DNA from: Cyanobacteria bacterium UBA999
GTDB taxonomy: Bacteria; Cyanobacteriota; Cyanobacteriia; Pseudanabaenales; Pseudanabaenaceae
Reading direction: 5' to 3'
Length of the DNA stretch: 24,000 bases
Assembly: GCA_002291895.1 (NCBI GenBank)
Contig: DBAX01000009.1
Coordinates: 3,854 to 27,853 of the forward strand
The translations under genes and the position numbers were made by a program. This document shows positions 21,807 through 24,000 of this stretch, in pieces. Each line of letters begins with the position of its first letter. Within the stretch, counting starts at the first letter, position 1. The notes below the pieces were generated by a model. It was not told where the DNA came from. It worked only from the letters and a program-made list of their open reading frames with translations, and made no database searches.

Positions 21807-22982
21807 CTAGCGGATTGCCGCTACCATCTGGGCCCCGGCCGGGCTTTGGTTGCCGCTAAGCAAGTCTTCGATCGCCACTGCCAATTTCGCTGGGGAAACC
21901 GGATGGGGGAGGAGCAATGTACCGCCAGCCCACCGTACGCGCGTCTTTTCCAGCAAGCCATTCGACGACAGCAGAAAGAGTACCGGCGTTTCGCTAAAGC
22001 CGCGACTTTGGCGCAGCAACTGACAGAATTCATAATCTGCCGTCGTGAAGATAAACAGCGCCGGGCGACGCCGCAGCAATTGCAGCAGGTTCCGATCCGG
22101 TTGGGCCAAAACCATAACCTCATACCCGGCATCCCGCAGCAGCGTGGGCAAATAGTCATCCGTCCCCACCACGGCAATAAGGGGCAATTGCTGCACTTCC
22201 GGGAGCGTATTGGCCGCAAAGCGCACGGGCAGGGGCAAATCCTCCACGGGCTGCAGGTGCACTACCCCCCGCCCCACAAGGGGTAGCAGCAGGCGCATAG
22301 TATCGCAGGGCGATCGCTTTAGTCGCACCGCCACATCCCAAATTGTTAACTGCCCCTGGAGCAGCATCAGTAAATCCTCAAACATAGCCGTGGGCAGCAT
22401 AGAGCGGAGATGCTCCGGATGGCACAGCACCGGGGCCATATTGGGCTGAAACCGGGGCATACGCGCCCGCATCCGCCCTAAGCCACAATTTTGCCAGTCC
22501 GCGCGCATAGCGTAAGCCTGCTCCACAAGATTTTGGGGGCAGAGGAAGACCAAATGCTGCTGGAGTTGGCGATAGGGCAGCCAGACCATTTGGGTGCAGA
22601 AATTCTCGATAAAGTCAAAAAACACTTCGCGCACGATGTGGTTCACCACGGCCTTAGCCGCCGCCGCCGTAATCTTTCGTGACTCAAGCCATGTTGTAAG
22701 AACCTGAAGTTCCCAGGGGCAACGCACGTCCACGATCTCCATGGGCTGATGTACCGAGGGCGTTCCCGCCAAATGGGGAAGCACCTGCCGAACTGCCCGC
22801 TCCCAACGCCGCACGCGGTGACTGGTAGCCGTCGCATAAACCACGCGCCCCATGTGCAGATAAAGGTGCCACTGCTGCTGGGGGTCTTCGTTGTGCATAA
22901 GTATCAATTCGCCACAGGCCTTTTCTTGACTTAAGTCATTGAGGCGCTCGGCGATAGAGCTGATGATCGTGATTTCTGACAT
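21807..22982 (-). CDS. PatA-type protein: N-terminal PATAN (DUF4388) domain + degenerate receiver domain
   Basis: The N-terminus CGELILMHNEDPQQQWHLYLHMGRVVYATATSHRVRRWERAV fits the PATAN pattern. The C-terminus has a receiver-like fold (see the sub-feature). AGGAAA lies 4 nt upstream of ATG 22982. Confidence 0.75.
   Translation of the reverse strand: MSEITIISSIAERLNDLSQEKACGELILMHNEDPQQQWHLYLHMGRVVYATATSHRVRRWERAVRQVLPHLAGTPSVHQPMEIVDVRCPWELQVLTTWLESRKITAAAAKAVVNHIVREVFFDFIENFCTQMVWLPYRQLQQHLVFLCPQNLVEQAYAMRADWQNCGLGRMRARMPRFQPNMAPVLCHPEHLRSMLPTAMFEDLLMLLQGQLTIWDVAVRLKRSPCDTMRLLLPLVGRGVVHLQPVEDLPLPVRFAANTLPEVQQLPLIAVVGTDDYLPTLLRDAGYEVMVLAQPDRNLLQLLRRRPALFIFTTADYEFCQLLRQSRGFSETPVLFLLSSNGLLEKTRVRWAGGTLLLPHPVSPAKLAVAIEDLLSGNQSPAGAQMVAAIR
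21828..22175 (-). other. Receiver-like (pseudo-REC) domain lacking canonical phospho-acceptor residues
   Basis: LIAVVGTDDYLPTLLRDAGYEVMVLAQPDRNLLQLLRRRPALFIFTTADYEFCQLLR...TPVLFLLSSNG...LLLPHPVSP. The beta3 ...LLD-x-MP-x-DG segment is replaced by the shorter FIFTTAD. The conserved Lys of (T)KP is His. Confidence 0.6.
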
Positions 22983-23117
22983 GGATTTCCTAGCGCTTGA
23001 GGTAAAGATTCGTTAAGAAGGTTTACTGAATTTTAAGTTAATGGTTGTTTAACTCAATCTGACATATTGAATCTAGGAAAAAAAAGTGCAGAAATTGGGG
23101 TAGTTTTGGCTAGCGCG
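22983..23117 (-). promoter_or_regulatory. AT-rich upstream region of the PATAN gene (promoter not pinpointed)
   Basis: This is the most AT-rich stretch of the window. It contains an A8/T8 tract and several TTAA/TAAA-rich hexamers. No unambiguous -35/-10 pair was found. Confidence 0.3.
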
Positions 23118-23158
23118 ACCTTCTTAAGCTTTTGTCCACCTTTCCAGTCGCCTTAGCC

Positions 23159-23215
23159 CTAGGGACGGACTACCCCAGCGAGGATCAGAAGCAGGACAAG
23201 GAGGGCAGCAATCAA
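23159..23215 (-). other. TM-helix-encoding segment in the -1 frame immediately past the GIDE-like stop codon
   Basis: Reverse complement of 23159-23215 is TTG ATT GCT GCC CTC CTT GTC CTG CTT CTG ATC CTC GCT GGG GTA GTC CGT CCC TAG. It translates to LIAALLVLLLILAGVVRP*. This -1 frame is open for 37 codons and reads ...PPRRGDRQ just before the helix. Confidence 0.6.
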
Positions 23216-24000
23216 CTGACGATCGCCGCGACGAGGAGGGCTTGCTGGCGTTGGCGCAGGGCGTTGATCGTTTCATCGTGGGATTTGTGGGTGATAAGGA
23301 ACTTAATGCCGGCACCAGGGTTTATTTTTTTAATCACGGGTACCTGCTGCTCAAACCGCACCTGTCCCGTGATGTAGACCCTTTGGCCGATGCTGAGGGA
23401 TTCCTCCTCGAAGGGAAAACCCAGGGTGTCTCTGTTGCGGGAATGTCCGTACTGGCTAACGTTGCGCGAGAAATTGCCAAAGCGCAGCACTAGGTCATGG
23501 GGGTTGCCCGATAGGTAGTCCTTGCGGGGGCGCTCCACCTCAATCTCGGCATCGCTGGGATCGACGGCGATCGCCCCGGAGTCATCCTGGAGCACAAAAT
23601 CCACGTCCCGGCGATCTTCGTAAACCGTTTCCCATCCTTTGCTGATTTCGGTCTGAATGCGGGTTGTTGGTCCGCCGCCATAACCGCCCCCGTGGCCACC
23701 ATCCCCGTCACCTTCACCCATGCCCCCGCCGTAGCCGCCACCCGACCCTCCGGCTCCGTAAGCGCCGCGGCTGCGGTAGCCTTCCGGGGGATTGCTCAAG
23801 CGTTCTCGGTGGGTGACGGCCCCCTGATCATCAATGGTTTCGCGGTAGTAGGTAGCCTCTTCGTATTCCCAGCGCACCTGACATTTGTAGTACACGCAGG
23901 ACTCTTGAAACAGTTCGGAAACCAACGGGCGATCGCAAGTAACCCGACCCGAAAGTTTCACCAACCCACCACGCTTGACATCCTTACCCACCGCTTTTTG
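23212..24000 (-). CDS. GIDE-like (E3-ligase-associated GIDE/PF12483-type) protein, 5' end outside window, with Gly/Tyr-rich insert
   Basis: The frame is open to the window edge (..QKA precedes the GTG at 23991). LVKLSGRVTCDRPLVSELFQESCVYYKCQVRWEYEE and VDFVLQDDSGAIAVDPSDAEIEV fit my recollection of the bacterial GIDE domain pattern. The family call is tentative. Confidence 0.5.
   Translation of the reverse strand, partial: QKAVGKDVKRGGLVKLSGRVTCDRPLVSELFQESCVYYKCQVRWEYEEATYYRETIDDQGAVTHRERLSNPPEGYRSRGAYGAGGSGGGYGGGMGEGDGDGGHGGGYGGGPTTRIQTEISKGWETVYEDRRDVDFVLQDDSGAIAVDPSDAEIEVERPRKDYLSGNPHDLVLRFGNFSRNVSQYGHSRNRDTLGFPFEEESLSIGQRVYITGQVRFEQQVPVIKKINPGAGIKFLITHKSHDETINALRQRQQALLVAAIVS

Larger units (their letters stand above)
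204..23936. repeat. HIP1 (GCGATCGC) dispersed octamer palindromes
   Basis: Verified examples lie at 204-211, 353-360, 551-558, 716-723, 1381-1388, 10726-10733 and 23929-23936. My by-eye count is at least about 55 copies in 24 kb, far above chance for an 8-mer. This is a hallmark of many cyanobacterial genomes. Confidence 0.9.

Noticed and set aside
1-24000. A search for CRISPR arrays, tRNA/rRNA genes, transposases/integrases, and toxin-antitoxin or restriction-modification genes
   Set aside because: No regularly spaced repeats, cloverleaf-like intergenic sequences or recognisable mobile-element or defence enzymes were seen. The only dispersed repeat is the HIP1 octamer.

Overview
This is a tightly packed, high-GC cyanobacterial chromosomal segment. 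The octamer palindrome GCGATCGC (HIP1) occurs at least about 55 times by eye. I call about 20 protein genes and saw no rRNA, tRNA, CRISPR array or transposase. The left third holds an NAD salvage operon (pncB-nadD-nrtR) converging on a minus-strand string of isoaspartyl peptidase, FAD-linked oxidase and larB. A membrane/coiled-coil protein and a creatininase-family gene follow. The middle holds two divergent ClC chloride-channel paralogs (one fused to CBS and tandem USP domains). They bracket a minus-strand four-gene string: a degenerate RNase II/R homolog, ClC, a small two-domain ORF and a stand-alone Hpt protein. The right third holds an SLH/OprB porin with a clean terminator, hisA, an orphan DppB-type ABC permease, ictB, a PatA-type (PATAN) protein with a degenerate receiver, and a partial GIDE-like gene. 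The most interesting observation is a GUN4-like domain split in two. Its first half ends ORF 11583-12131, and its second half forms the C-terminal tail of the next ORF, after a complete Hpt domain. The roughly 0.8 kb between the halves is lower in GC, lacks HIP1 and carries its own RBS and ATG. Other signals include an RNase II/R homolog lacking the RNB motif-I aspartates and both ClCs carrying non-canonical transport residues. The PATAN protein lacks a phospho-acceptor Asp, and the GIDE-like gene has its C-terminal TM helix in the -1 frame. A duplicated promoter/leader module lies upstream of pncB. All domain calls come from by-eye motif recognition; no database search was run.
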